From positions 1,888,001-1,952,000 of the forward strand of contig OZ251997.1 in the NCBI GenBank assembly GCA_965247095.1: a DNA stretch of 64,000 nt, given 5' to 3'. This document shows, piece after piece, positions 35,617 to 45,794 of this stretch (positions within the stretch are counted from its first letter, which is position 1; each line of letters opens with the position of its first letter). The translations under genes and the position numbers were made by a program. Source of the DNA: Candidatus Multivorans sp. (lineage in GTDB: Bacteria > Acidobacteriota > Thermoanaerobaculia > Multivoradales > Multivoraceae). The notes beneath the pieces are model-generated. The model saw only the letters and a list, made by a program, of their open reading frames with translations, was not told the DNA's origin and did not search any database.

Positions 35617-37356
35617 CTATTCGCCGCCGCCCGCCGAAATCATCAGCACGGAGCCCTGACGGTGCTCGGCGTGACGCGAGGGAGCGTTCGAGTTCGTGGT
35701 CCAGGCGTTGCCAGCCTCATCGAACTCGATCTCGCGGGTGTAGGTGACCTGCATCGGCATCCGGTACTCGACGAACTTCTCGGTCTTCGGATCGAAGCGC
35801 AGCATCGAGTCGCTGCCGGTGCCGGTGATCCAGATCTCCCCGTTCACCGGGTTGATGTTCAGCGCGTAGGGCATCGAGTTCGGGCCGTGCGGCAGGTCGT
35901 AGACCTTCCACTCTTCCGTCTCCTCGTTGAACGACGCGATGTCGCCCGAAGCCCAGCCGGGCACCCAGACGATGCCGTCGGGGGCCACGTGCAGGCGGCG
36001 CGGACCGTGGACCGGCGGCTTCCACTCGACGATCAGCTCGGGATCGTCGGCGTCGAGCTCCGGACGGATGCGGCCGACCCGCTGGCCGTTCAGCTTGCTG
36101 TAGAAAACGTGGCCGTTCGGCGCCACGTCGATGCCGTAGGGGGTCACGCCGCGCGACTCGCCGCGGGCGCCGCCGCCGCGGACCTGATCGGCCGCCGGCA
36201 GCTTGTACTCGGTGACTTCCCAGCGCTCGCCGTCCCAGGTCTCCGGATCGAGCGAGAGAACGCCGACGCCGCTCGGGTTACCGGCGTCGGTCCACCACAG
36301 AATGCCGTTCGGCGCGAAACGCAGGGTATGCGGATAGCCGCCGCGGGGACGCGGAGCGGCGCGACCGGGTCCGACCCGCCATTCCTTCGTCTCGACATCG
36401 AACTCGGCCATTCGACCCGAGTAGGCCAGGGTGGCCCACATGTTTCCGTCCTGGGCCTTCTCGATCGAGTGGATGCCGGTCGTGATGCTGGATGGCGACA
36501 GGTAGTCCTTGCCGCCGGGCACGGTGTAGAAGGCGCGCTCGCCGGTCACCGGATCGAGCGTCTCGATCACGTCCTGGGCCATGTCGACGGTGTAGACGAG
36601 GCCGTCGTCGCCGAGTTCGAGATCGTGGATCACGGCGCCGGACTGGTCGCCCATCAGCCACTCGCGAACCTCGCCCTTGAGGGCCTCGCCCTTCGGCGGC
36701 TCCGGCGGCACGAACTCCGGCCACTCTTCCTCGGCCTCACGGCTGTAGACGCTGACGATCTTGTCGACCAGAACGTCCTGGGTGTGCTTGTACAGACCCT
36801 GGAAGCCGTCCATCCGCGTGAGCATGACCTCCCAGTCCACCGGCTCCTCGGGCGAACGGAAACCGACCGTCCCGACCTGGTGGCAGTAGGTGCACATCAT
36901 CCTGAAGTTCAGGGCGTCCTTCTCGTCTTCCCACTCCAGCATGTTCATCAGGTCGTGGCCGGGGCGCTGCGACTGCAGGGCCCAACCCTCGGCCGCACGC
37001 AGGCGAACCTGGATCGGGGTCGGCTCGGTGGTCTCCTTGAGATCCTTCCACTCGTCGAGCCAGCCCATCAGGCGGACTCGGAGCTTGTACTTGCCGGCGG
37101 GAACGGCGGGCAGCTTGTAGGCGCCGTCCGGCTGGCTGTAGACCGAGATGCTCCTCTGTTCATCGGTCGAGAACAGCGACACGGTGGCGCCGCGGACCGG
37201 CTGGCCGTCGTTGCCGACGACGGTGCCGGTGTAGACGGTGAGCGGCGCGTCGAGCGCGTTGTTGGGAGCGGCCGCGGCAGTCGCCGAAGCGGCGAGCGCG
37301 AGGACGGCGAAGCTGGCGAGCGTGACCAGCGTCGGAGACGGACTGAGTCGAGACAT
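35617..37356 (-). CDS. Exported protein: carboxypeptidase-regulatory-like domain, c-type heme motif and Vgb-like beta-propeller
   Basis: Signal peptide; GTVVGNDGQPVRGATV; CTYCH; repeated PHTLRF/PYGIDV/PRRL/PYAL blades. Confidence 0.8.
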   Translation of the reverse strand: MSRLSPSPTLVTLASFAVLALAASATAAAAPNNALDAPLTVYTGTVVGNDGQPVRGATVSLFSTDEQRSISVYSQPDGAYKLPAVPAGKYKLRVRLMGWLDEWKDLKETTEPTPIQVRLRAAEGWALQSQRPGHDLMNMLEWEDEKDALNFRMMCTYCHQVGTVGFRSPEEPVDWEVMLTRMDGFQGLYKHTQDVLVDKIVSVYSREAEEEWPEFVPPEPPKGEALKGEVREWLMGDQSGAVIHDLELGDDGLVYTVDMAQDVIETLDPVTGERAFYTVPGGKDYLSPSSITTGIHSIEKAQDGNMWATLAYSGRMAEFDVETKEWRVGPGRAAPRPRGGYPHTLRFAPNGILWWTDAGNPSGVGVLSLDPETWDGERWEVTEYKLPAADQVRGGGARGESRGVTPYGIDVAPNGHVFYSKLNGQRVGRIRPELDADDPELIVEWKPPVHGPRRLHVAPDGIVWVPGWASGDIASFNEETEEWKVYDLPHGPNSMPYALNINPVNGEIWITGTGSDSMLRFDPKTEKFVEYRMPMQVTYTREIEFDEAGNAWTTNSNAPSRHAEHRQGSVLMISAGGGE

Positions 37357-37474
37357 GGGACCTCCTGTGCCTGCTAGGGAGTGTCTTGGGGTGTAGTTAA
37401 GCTGGGACTATACAGCAACACTTCAGCCCGTGAGCGACCTCCGCCGGCTCGCCCCCGCGGGATAACCTCCGCCG

Positions 37475-38917
37475 ATGCAGGAGCGACCCGGGGCCGATCG
37501 GCTGGACCGTTTCGTCGCCAATCCGCGGCGTGCGTTGTGGCTGCTGGCGATGCCGATCCTGATCGGCATGTCGATCCAGACGCTCTACATGATCGTCGAC
37601 ATGTTCTTCGTCGGCCGGGTGAGTCCGGAGGCGTTGACGGCCCTCGCCTTCAACATGCCGCTGGTGTTCCTGGCGATGGGCGTGACCTTCGGCCTCGGCA
37701 CCGGCATCACCGCGGTCATCGCGCAGGCGATCGGCGCGCGCGACCGGGTGCGCGCCGACTGCGCGGCCGAGCACGCCGTTCTGATCGGCGCCCTGGTCGC
37801 CGCGTTGACCACGGGCTCGGCGCTCGGCTTCGGCGTACCACTGCTCCACGCGCTCGGGGTCCCCGCCGAACTCGTGCCCCAAGCCTGGAGCTACTTCCGG
37901 GTACTCGCCTGCGGCTATCCCTTCATGGTGCTGGCGGTCTTCTTCCGCTCGATCCTCTCGGGCGAGGGCAACGTGAAGACCCCGGTCATGATCCAGGGCG
38001 CGGCCACGCTGCTCAACATCGCTCTCGACCCGCTGTTCATCTTCACGTTCGGAATGGGCGTCGCCGGCGCGGCGTTGGCCACGATCGTGAGCCAGGCGGT
38101 CGCGGCTCTGGCCTTCATCTACCTTCTCTTCGTCGCCAAGCTCTCCTACGTCCGCTTCGACCTCCGCAACTTCCACTACGACCCCTCCATCGCGCGCAGC
38201 ATCTGTGTCATCGGCCTGCCGGCATCACTGTCCTTCCTGGTCATGTCGATGGGCGGCGGCGTGTTGAACCGGATCCTGGTCGAGCACACGCCCGACGCTG
38301 TGGCCGCGCTCCAGATCGGCAGCCGCCTCGACCATGTCGTCATCCTGCCCCAGGTCGCGGTCGCCTCCGGCCTGGTGACCCTGGTCGGCATGTTCTACGG
38401 CGCCCGCCGCGGCGACCTGCTGCGGGAGATCATCACCTACGCGATGCTGCGGACGATCCTGCTCAGCATCGCTATCGCCGCCGCGTTCTACGTCCTGGCG
38501 CCCGGCCTCGTCGCCTTTTTCACCGACAGCCCGGGCATTCGCAGCCTGGGTGTCGGCTACCTGCGCGTGGTGGTGTTCGCGTATCCGTTCATCGGCATCT
38601 CGATCCTCACCGGGCGTACGCTGCAGGGCCTGGGCCGCGGCTCCCCGGAACTCTGGCTGTCCCTGCTGCGGGTGATCCTGATCAGCGCGCCGCTCGCCTG
38701 GGCGGTGACCTTCTGGCTGCGCTTGCCGGTCCAGTGGGTCTGGTACTCATCGCTCATCGGCACCGTGATTTCTGCCTCGATCGCGCTCCTGTGGCTCACG
38801 ATCGGCGTGCGCACCGCGATCAACACCTTCGGCAGCGGCGCACCGCCCCTCGGCGACCGGCCCGGCGCCGCCGAGCTAGCGGTCGATGCGACAGCCGAGG
38901 CCGCGGAACCGGCATGA
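37475..38917 (+). CDS. MATE family efflux transporter
   Basis: LAMPILIGM..QTLY.IVDMFFVG, GEGNVKTP, NIALDPLFIF...GVAGAALAT. Confidence 0.92.
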   Translation: MQERPGADRLDRFVANPRRALWLLAMPILIGMSIQTLYMIVDMFFVGRVSPEALTALAFNMPLVFLAMGVTFGLGTGITAVIAQAIGARDRVRADCAAEHAVLIGALVAALTTGSALGFGVPLLHALGVPAELVPQAWSYFRVLACGYPFMVLAVFFRSILSGEGNVKTPVMIQGAATLLNIALDPLFIFTFGMGVAGAALATIVSQAVAALAFIYLLFVAKLSYVRFDLRNFHYDPSIARSICVIGLPASLSFLVMSMGGGVLNRILVEHTPDAVAALQIGSRLDHVVILPQVAVASGLVTLVGMFYGARRGDLLREIITYAMLRTILLSIAIAAAFYVLAPGLVAFFTDSPGIRSLGVGYLRVVVFAYPFIGISILTGRTLQGLGRGSPELWLSLLRVILISAPLAWAVTFWLRLPVQWVWYSSLIGTVISASIALLWLTIGVRTAINTFGSGAPPLGDRPGAAELAVDATAEAAEPA

Positions 38918-39546
38918 GCCGCTGGGCGTTCGGCGCCGTCGCCATCCTGTGCGCGACCGTGGCCACAGTACCCGCCGGCGGCCAGGAGTGCCCCGGACCT
39001 GAAACCCACGCCCTGTTCCCTCAGGACATCTACGTCCTGCGCGGCTTCGTTACCGAGGTGGCCGCGCTACCGGCGGAAGACGACGGCGCCTACCAGCTCG
39101 AGGTCCAGGTCGAAGGCTCGGTCCACCTGCCCAGACCCCGGTCGCGCTACGTGATTACCGTCGAGATCACCGGGGAAGACTGCTCGGTGCGGCCGATGAC
39201 CGCGCCGGAACTGCGCGACCGCTTCGCCGTCTCAGACGAAGTGAAGATCGTGGCCCATGCAGTGCCCGGTTCGCAGCGCTCTCTCGTGGCGCCCTACGAG
39301 CGCGTCGCCCTGGTCATGGCCGAGGCCGGTCAGCGCGGCTTCATCAAGAACGACTTCGACTACTACGACGCACTGCTGGAACTGGACGCCCGCTTCCACG
39401 ACAACAACAAGTTCTCCCTGCTCTCCCAGATGGGCCGCTACCTGGACTCCCAGGACGACTTCAAGCGCCTGCTCGAGGAACAGATCCAGCAGCGCCGTCT
39501 CAGACGCCAGTTGCTCAATCTCTACGACGTGCTGAGAGAACAGTAG
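38914..39546 (+). CDS. Hypothetical secreted protein
   Basis: Signal peptide MSRWAFGAVAILCATVATVPAGG; ATGA overlap with the MATE stop; host-like codon use. Confidence 0.7.
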   Translation: MSRWAFGAVAILCATVATVPAGGQECPGPETHALFPQDIYVLRGFVTEVAALPAEDDGAYQLEVQVEGSVHLPRPRSRYVITVEITGEDCSVRPMTAPELRDRFAVSDEVKIVAHAVPGSQRSLVAPYERVALVMAEAGQRGFIKNDFDYYDALLELDARFHDNNKFSLLSQMGRYLDSQDDFKRLLEEQIQQRRLRRQLLNLYDVLREQ

Positions 39547-39564
39547 GAGCCTGCGCGGCCGCTG

Positions 39565-40059
39565 CTACGAGCCGGCCAGGTCGCGCTCCATCACCTCGAA
39601 GTAGCAGGGGCGTAGCAGTCTCCGCGCCGGCGGCGGGTTCACCGCTTCGAAGGGTTCGGTACGCACCACGCGATAGCCGAGACGGCGATACCAGGCCGAC
39701 AGTTCAGGCCGCACGCTGAGCACCCAGAGCTCGCAGACGCCGCAGCCCGCCTCGCGCAGCCAGTTCTCGGCCGCCGTCATCAGTCTTCGGCCCAGACCGA
39801 GGCTCTGCTGCGACCGCGCGACCGACACCAGGCCGAGATAGCCGGTCTCGCCTCGCACCTCGACATAGACGCAGCCCGCCAGGCCGCCCGCTTCGGCGTC
39901 GCACACGAGGAACCAGCCGCGCTTGAGCCGCTCCCTCACCTCCGGGAGCCCGATCCGGTCGCCGGAGAGCGTGTCCGCCTCGATCATGAAGGCGTCGTTG
40001 ACGAGGGTCACGATCTCCGAGGCATCGGCGACCGTGGCGGTGCGGCAGGTGGTGGCCAT
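39565..40059 (-). CDS. GNAT family N-acetyltransferase
   Basis: VSVARSQQSLGLGRRL acetyl-CoA motif; WYRRLGY. Confidence 0.88.
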   Translation of the reverse strand: MATTCRTATVADASEIVTLVNDAFMIEADTLSGDRIGLPEVRERLKRGWFLVCDAEAGGLAGCVYVEVRGETGYLGLVSVARSQQSLGLGRRLMTAAENWLREAGCGVCELWVLSVRPELSAWYRRLGYRVVRTEPFEAVNPPPARRLLRPCYFEVMERDLAGS

Positions 40060-40164
40060 GGAACCGGATTCAAGTTCGGACGGGCTGGCCCGCCACAAGC
40101 AGCCGGAGATTCTAGCGCCGCCCCTGTATCCTCCCGTTCTTCCTCAAACCAACGGGGTCAGTCC

Positions 40165-43100
40165 ATGCCGCAACTCGAACGCGTCCTGATCAGCAACCGC
40201 GGCGAGATCGCCATCCGCATCGTCAAGGCCGCCTCGGCGCTGGGCATGGAATCGGTGAGCGTCTATCCAGCCGCCGACTCGCTGTCGCTCCACACCCGCC
40301 TCGCGACATCGGCCGTCGAGATCGGAAACGGCGTTCCCGACGATCCTGTGGCCGCCTATCTCGACGCGGAGGCGCTGGTGGCGGCGGCCCACGGGAGCGG
40401 CTGCGACTGCGTCCACCCCGGCTACGGGTTCCTGGCCGAGAACGCCGGATTCGCCGAGCGGTGCGCCGATGCCGGACTGGTCTTCGTGGGACCGCCGCCG
40501 GCGGCGCTCTCGCTGTTCGGCGACAAGGTGCGCTCCCGCCAGCTCGCGGCCTCTCTCGACATCCCGGTGGTTCCCGGCAGCGACGGCCCACTCGAGTCCC
40601 CGGCCGACGCGGTGGATCTGGCCGCCCTGCTCGGCTACCCGGTGATGCTGAAGGCGGCTGCCGGCGGAGGCGGCCGCGGCATGCGCAGAGTCGCGTCCGC
40701 CGGGGCGATGACCGAGGCGTTCGCCCGCTGCCGGAGCGAGGCCGAGGCCGCCTTCGGCAACGGCGCACTGTTCGTCGAGAAGCTCATCGAGCGCCCGCGC
40801 CACATCGAAGTCCAGGTTCTCGCCGATGGGGACGGCAACGTCGTCCACCTGCACGAGCGGGACTGCTCGGTCCAGTTGCGCAACCAGAAGGTGATCGAGA
40901 CGGCGCCGGCGCCGGGCCTCGACGCCGACCTGCGGGACCGCATCCTCGCCGACGCGGTCAAGCTGGTCGCGGCTGCCGGCTACGCGAACGCCGGCACGGT
41001 CGAGTTCCTGGTCGTGCCCGAGACCGGCGAGCACTTCTTCATCGAGTGCAACGCGCGCATCCAGGTCGAACACACCGTCACCGAGCAGGTCACCGGCATC
41101 GACCTCGTCGAGGCCCAGTTCCGGATCGCCGCCGGCGCCACGCTCGCTGCCCTCGGTCTCGGTAGCCAGGGCGCGGTCGGCGCGCCGCGCGGCGCCGCCG
41201 TCCAGGCCCGGGTGGTCGCCCGCGGCGCGGGGACGCTGAGCGGCTACAAGGAGCCCACCGGCCCCGGCGTACGCGTCGACGGCTGCGGCTACGTCGGCTA
41301 CGCGCCGCCACCCCAGTTCGACCCGCTGCTCGCCAAGGTCATCGGGGCGAGTTCCTCGTCGTTCGCTTCCGGTCACGCCTCCTACGTCGCCGCGGTCGAC
41401 CGCCTTCTCCGGGCCCTGGACGAGTTCCATATCGGCGGTCTCGCCACCAACCTGAATCAACTGAAGGCGATCCTCGCCCACCCCGCGGTCCGCGCCGGCG
41501 ACGCACGGACCACGCTTCTCGGCGAACACCCGGACCTGCTCTCCCCCGCCGCCGACGCCGGCGGCAACGGCGCCCTGACCCTGCTGCGGCAGCAGGCGAC
41601 GCTGGCGGGCGTTTCCGTGGCGGGCGGCGCCGGCATGCAGCCCACCGCGAGGTCGACGGCCACGGAACTCCCGGTCGGACCAGGCCAGCAAGCCGTCGCC
41701 TGCCCCATGGCCGGATCGATCCTGGAGATCCGGGTCGCCGAGGGCGACCGCGTGGCCGCCGGCGAAGCGCTGCTAGTCGTCAGCGCGATGAAGATGGAGT
41801 CCCAGGTTGCCGCGCCGCTGAGCGGCACGGTGACGGCGCTCCAGCCGCTGACGGCCGGCGACACGGTCGAGGCGGGGCAGGTCGTCGCGGTCATCGCGCC
41901 CGCTGAGGGCGCGACAAGCGAGCCGCGGGCGGAGCACCGAGCCGACACTTGGGCGCCGCTGCTCGAGGATGTCGCCACGATGCAGGCCCTGGCGCACAAG
42001 CGGCTGGCGCCCGGCTCCGACGAGCGCGGCGTGGTGCGCCAGCGCAGCCGCGGCAAGTTGACCTGCCGGGAGCGCATCGACCTCCTGTTCGACGACGGCA
42101 GCTTCCACGAGATCGGAAGCATCGCGGGCTTTGCTTCGTACGACGAGAGCGGAGCGATCGTCGACTTCACGCCCGCCAACCACGTCGGCGGCTGGGGCCG
42201 AATCGAGAGCCGCACGGCCGTCGTCTGCGCCGACGACTTCACCTCCCGTGGCGGCCACGCGGACGGCGCGATCGGGGAGAAGAGCCGCCACCTCGACCGG
42301 CTGGCCCTGGAGATGCGGGTGCCCTCGGTCCGTCTGCTCGACGGCTCGTCCGGCGGCGGCAGCGTCGCCACGATGGTGCCGCAGCAAAGACAAGAGGGCG
42401 AAAGCAAGGCCAAGGAGAGCCGCGGCGCGATCAAGGCCGGCCGGCCCCGGGTCGCGGGCGGCGGCGGTTCCTTCCTGCCCGGCCACCTCGGCAGCACGAT
42501 GTACACGGAGCAACTGAGCACCGTGCCCGTCGTCAACCTGCTGCTCGGCAGCGTCGTCGGCATCGGCGCCGCCAAGGCCGTGCTCGGCCACTTCTCCGTC
42601 ATGGTGCGCGACATCGCGCAGTTGTTCGTCGCCGGACCTCCGGTCGTCCGCCCCGCGATGGGCTACGACATCACGAAGGAAGATCTCGGCGGCTGGCACA
42701 TCCACTGCCGCAACGGCTCGGTGGACAACCTCGCCGAGACCGAGGAGGAGGCGATGGCGCTCACCCGGCGCTTCCTGTCGTACCTGCCTTCCTCCGTCTT
42801 CGAGACGCCGCCGGTCGCGCCGCCCGATCCGAGCGACCCGACCGACCGCCGCGACGAGGAGCTGTTCAGCCTGATACCCCGCAAGCGCACCGCGACCTTC
42901 GACGTGCGCAGGGCGATCCGCCTGATGGCGGACAGGGACTCCTTCTTCGAGATCGGCCCGCTCTGGGGCACCGACCAGGTCACGGGTTTCGTGCGCATGA
43001 ACGGTCACCCGATGGGAGTCATCGCCTCCGACAGCCAGCACACCAACGGCGGCGCGCTCACCGCCGACGGCTGCCGCAAACTGACCCGCCACCTCGACCT

Positions 43101-43608
43101 CTGCGACCTCTTCCACCTGCCGGTCCTGAACCTGGTCGACAACCCCGGCTTTGCCGTCGGCCTCGAACACGAGATCACCGGCACCATCCGCTGGGGCGGC
43201 CAATGGATGATCGCCTTCTCCCAGGTCACCACGCCCATCTTCACCGTCCTCATGCGGCGCAGCTTCGGCGTCGCCGGCAACAACTACGCGACGCCGAGGG
43301 CCGAGCCGTCGATGCGCGTCGCCTGGCCCGCCGCCGACACCGGCGGCATCCCGCCCGAAGGCGGCATCGAAGCCGCCTACAAACGCCAACTCGCCCAGGC
43401 CGAGGACCCCAAGGCCCTACGCGACGAACTGATGGCACGAATCGAGAGCGCCCGCGGCCCCGTCGGCCCCCTGTCCCGCTTCCAGATCGAAGAGATGATC
43501 GACCCGCGAGACACCCGCCGGATGATCTGCGAGTGGATCGAAACGGCCTGGAAGATCGTCTCCCAGCCGGCGAGGCTGCGGCCGCGGCCGATTCAGTTCC
43601 GGCCTTGA
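40165..43608 (+). CDS. Single-chain acyl-CoA carboxylase (biotin carboxylase, BCCP and carboxyltransferase)
   Basis: SNRGEIA, HPGYGFLAEN, GGGGRGM, RIQVEH, SAMKME biotin motif, LTCRERID, DNPGF. Confidence 0.93.
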   Translation: MPQLERVLISNRGEIAIRIVKAASALGMESVSVYPAADSLSLHTRLATSAVEIGNGVPDDPVAAYLDAEALVAAAHGSGCDCVHPGYGFLAENAGFAERCADAGLVFVGPPPAALSLFGDKVRSRQLAASLDIPVVPGSDGPLESPADAVDLAALLGYPVMLKAAAGGGGRGMRRVASAGAMTEAFARCRSEAEAAFGNGALFVEKLIERPRHIEVQVLADGDGNVVHLHERDCSVQLRNQKVIETAPAPGLDADLRDRILADAVKLVAAAGYANAGTVEFLVVPETGEHFFIECNARIQVEHTVTEQVTGIDLVEAQFRIAAGATLAALGLGSQGAVGAPRGAAVQARVVARGAGTLSGYKEPTGPGVRVDGCGYVGYAPPPQFDPLLAKVIGASSSSFASGHASYVAAVDRLLRALDEFHIGGLATNLNQLKAILAHPAVRAGDARTTLLGEHPDLLSPAADAGGNGALTLLRQQATLAGVSVAGGAGMQPTARSTATELPVGPGQQAVACPMAGSILEIRVAEGDRVAAGEALLVVSAMKMESQVAAPLSGTVTALQPLTAGDTVEAGQVVAVIAPAEGATSEPRAEHRADTWAPLLEDVATMQALAHKRLAPGSDERGVVRQRSRGKLTCRERIDLLFDDGSFHEIGSIAGFASYDESGAIVDFTPANHVGGWGRIESRTAVVCADDFTSRGGHADGAIGEKSRHLDRLALEMRVPSVRLLDGSSGGGSVATMVPQQRQEGESKAKESRGAIKAGRPRVAGGGGSFLPGHLGSTMYTEQLSTVPVVNLLLGSVVGIGAAKAVLGHFSVMVRDIAQLFVAGPPVVRPAMGYDITKEDLGGWHIHCRNGSVDNLAETEEEAMALTRRFLSYLPSSVFETPPVAPPDPSDPTDRRDEELFSLIPRKRTATFDVRRAIRLMADRDSFFEIGPLWGTDQVTGFVRMNGHPMGVIASDSQHTNGGALTADGCRKLTRHLDLCDLFHLPVLNLVDNPGFAVGLEHEITGTIRWGGQWMIAFSQVTTPIFTVLMRRSFGVAGNNYATPRAEPSMRVAWPAADTGGIPPEGGIEAAYKRQLAQAEDPKALRDELMARIESARGPVGPLSRFQIEEMIDPRDTRRMICEWIETAWKIVSQPARLRPRPIQFRP

Positions 43609-43811
43609 GGGGGGCTGCGAGCTCCCCCGGCACCAACTGAGCGCGTTGAGGAGGGAATCAACCAGAGCTCGCTCAACCTCTCCGGCTCGATCGATGACCT
43701 TGGTGAAGAGATCAGCAACCTGGCCGGCCGAGCCCGTGCCCTTCACCGTCGCGCTCTCGAACTCCGGCAAGCCGCCTGAAGCCCTTGGACTTCAACGGGC
43801 CTGCCGGCCTG

Positions 43812-44135
43812 CTAGCGGCTGGCCTCGGCCAATCTGCTCCCGGAGGATGCCGGCGAAGCGGGCAGTACCTCGCGGTCGATCGCGGCCCCTTGCTTGGCCT
43901 CGACGACGGACACGTCGTAGGCCGTTTGGAGGTTCATCCACAGGACCGCTCCCGTTCCCATGTAGCGACCAAGGCGAACCGCCGTCTCCGCGGTGACGGC
44001 TCGCTCCCCGCGGAGAATCGCCGTGATTCGATTCGCCGGCACTCGGAGCGCGAGCGCCAGTTGGTTCGCAGTCATTCCTCGAGCTTCGAGTTCTGCCTTG
44101 AGAATCCGGCCCGGGTGGTTTCTCAGTCTGTTCAT
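43812..44135 (-). CDS. higA: HigA antitoxin (XRE HTH)
   Basis: HPGRILKAEL...ANQLALALRVPANRITAILRGERAVTAETAVRL...WMNLQ..YD. Confidence 0.92.
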   Translation of the reverse strand: MNRLRNHPGRILKAELEARGMTANQLALALRVPANRITAILRGERAVTAETAVRLGRYMGTGAVLWMNLQTAYDVSVVEAKQGAAIDREVLPASPASSGSRLAEASR

Positions 44136-44137
44136 CG

Positions 44138-44425
44138 TCACCCCTTGTGGTAGTCCTCGATCACGACGTCCGCAGCATCTCCGCTGGCGAACCGGAAGGT
44201 CACTCGCCATCGCGCATTGATCGTCATGGAGCTTGTGCCCTTCCGCTTTCCGCTGAGGGAGTGCAGCCGAACTGACCGTAGTTCGCGGAGCGAATCCAGC
44301 GAAGGAGCCGCATCGAGCGTGTCCAGCAGGAGCAAGGCGCGTTCATAGTCCAAGCCACGGAATCCTCGTCGACGGTTCTCCTCAAACAGACGCCGAGTCT
44401 TGCTGTCGGCGAAGGACCGGATCAC
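44138..44425 (-). CDS. higB: HigB toxin (RelE/ParE family)
   Basis: MIRSFADSKTRRLF...LHSLSG.RKG..S..IN.RWRVTFRF...VVIEDYH. Confidence 0.9.
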   Translation of the reverse strand: MIRSFADSKTRRLFEENRRRGFRGLDYERALLLLDTLDAAPSLDSLRELRSVRLHSLSGKRKGTSSMTINARWRVTFRFASGDAADVVIEDYHKG

Positions 44426-44431
44426 CCCCGC

Positions 44432-44460
44432 ATCGTAGTACGCGCCTCGTACTACGTCAA
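44432..44460 (-). promoter_or_regulatory. higBA promoter with perfect palindromic operator; probably leaderless
   Basis: Minus strand TTGACG-17bp-TACGAT, 6 nt before GTG; CGTAGTACG-N5-CGTACTACG at 44434-44456. Confidence 0.75.
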
Positions 44461-44715
44461 TCGTCAGCGCTGTCCAACAGTCCGCTCGACCCACTAAAGA
44501 CATCGGCAAGGAATCCATGCCCGCCTGGGAGGGCGAACCGATGGATCTGCGCTGCGTAACGGACGCCATGTGGTGGCCACCGCCAAACACTGCGGCGTCT
44601 GCCGGTGCGAGCCAAGCGAGAAACGGACTCGACGCTCCACGCAGTGGTGCAGTGCCGTAACATCTAACGCTCCGCTGGCTCACACACGACACGCACAGCC
44701 GAGGAGCATGCCCCG

Positions 44716-45762
44716 ATGACATCCGAAGCCCGGGAATACCTGGAGCGGGTAGCGAAAGAGAACCGCGAGGCCATCGAGGGCGGCGCGGCGCCAACCCCAA
44801 ACAAGCTGTCAGTTCGCCGCCTTCTGGCCCTGTTCGGATACGCCAAGAGGGGACGTTTGGTGGTATCCACGATCCGCAACGCTCTTGAAGACAACGGACT
44901 GCGAACGAGCCCAGACTTCGAGAGCGTCTGGATCGACCACGAGATCTCGATCGAACTCGACCGCGAGAGCACGAACGGCTGGGTAGCGGCTGCGGCCATC
45001 CAGGATCCCACAGTCCGTATCGAAGCACTCGCTGCCGCTAACCACGAGCCCGCCGTCGCTCATCCCGAAGGCCTACTGAGCGAGGCAACCACACTCATGC
45101 TGCTCAACGACTACTCCCAACTCCCCGTTACGCAGGACTGCCGAGAGATCCGCAAGATCGAGGGCATGATCAGTTGGAAGTCGATCGGTTCGCGGCTGTC
45201 ATCCGGAGTCGAGTGCGCCCGAGTCAGGGACTGCGTGAACCCGCAGGTCCGCGACGTGCGCCAGGACACCCCGCTCCTGGATGCGGTTGCCGGTATCGCC
45301 AGCAACGGCTACACGCTGGTCCGGGACTCGACGAACAAGATCGTCGGTATCGTGACGACGAGCGATCTGAGCAGGGAGTTCCTTGAACTTGCCAGCCCGT
45401 TTCTCCTGATCGGCGAGATCGAGAAGTACCTGCACACACTCGTGCATGGCCGGTTCACGAAGGACGAGATCCTGGCGGCACTGCCCGAGGGACTCACCGC
45501 CACCGGTACCGCCGACCTCACGCTCGGCGGCTACTGCCGGCTTCTCCAGAAACCCGCGAACTGGAAAAAACTGGGCCTCGAGTTCAGCCGCAAGCAGTTC
45601 GTCGCAAGGCTGGAGGCTGTCCGGGAGATACGAAACGAGGTCATGCACTTCCGCCCCGACGGCCTGGACCCGGACAAGCAGCAAGTGCTGCACGGCCTCG
45701 TCGCGTTCTTCCGCCACCTCGCGCGAATGGGCGTTGTCGACACCTCCGCGAACTCGAACTGA
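44716..45762 (+). CDS. CBS-pair protein with C-terminal HEPN (Swt1-like) RNase domain
   Basis: CBS motifs YSQLPV..GMISWKSI and VGIVTTSDL; EIEKYL...RNEVMH (RxxxxH). Confidence 0.78.
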   Translation: MTSEAREYLERVAKENREAIEGGAAPTPNKLSVRRLLALFGYAKRGRLVVSTIRNALEDNGLRTSPDFESVWIDHEISIELDRESTNGWVAAAAIQDPTVRIEALAAANHEPAVAHPEGLLSEATTLMLLNDYSQLPVTQDCREIRKIEGMISWKSIGSRLSSGVECARVRDCVNPQVRDVRQDTPLLDAVAGIASNGYTLVRDSTNKIVGIVTTSDLSREFLELASPFLLIGEIEKYLHTLVHGRFTKDEILAALPEGLTATGTADLTLGGYCRLLQKPANWKKLGLEFSRKQFVARLEAVREIRNEVMHFRPDGLDPDKQQVLHGLVAFFRHLARMGVVDTSANSN

Positions 45763-45794
45763 CCGCGCGAAAGACGAAGGAGGAGGTTCGGAAG

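Noticed and set aside
44510-44539. Sequence whose reverse complement (GGTTCGCCCTCCCAGGCGGGCATGGATTCC) loosely resembles a type I-E CRISPR repeat, upstream of CBS-HEPN
   Set aside because: Single degenerate copy, no second repeat at spacer distance and no cas genes in the window; not callable as CRISPR.
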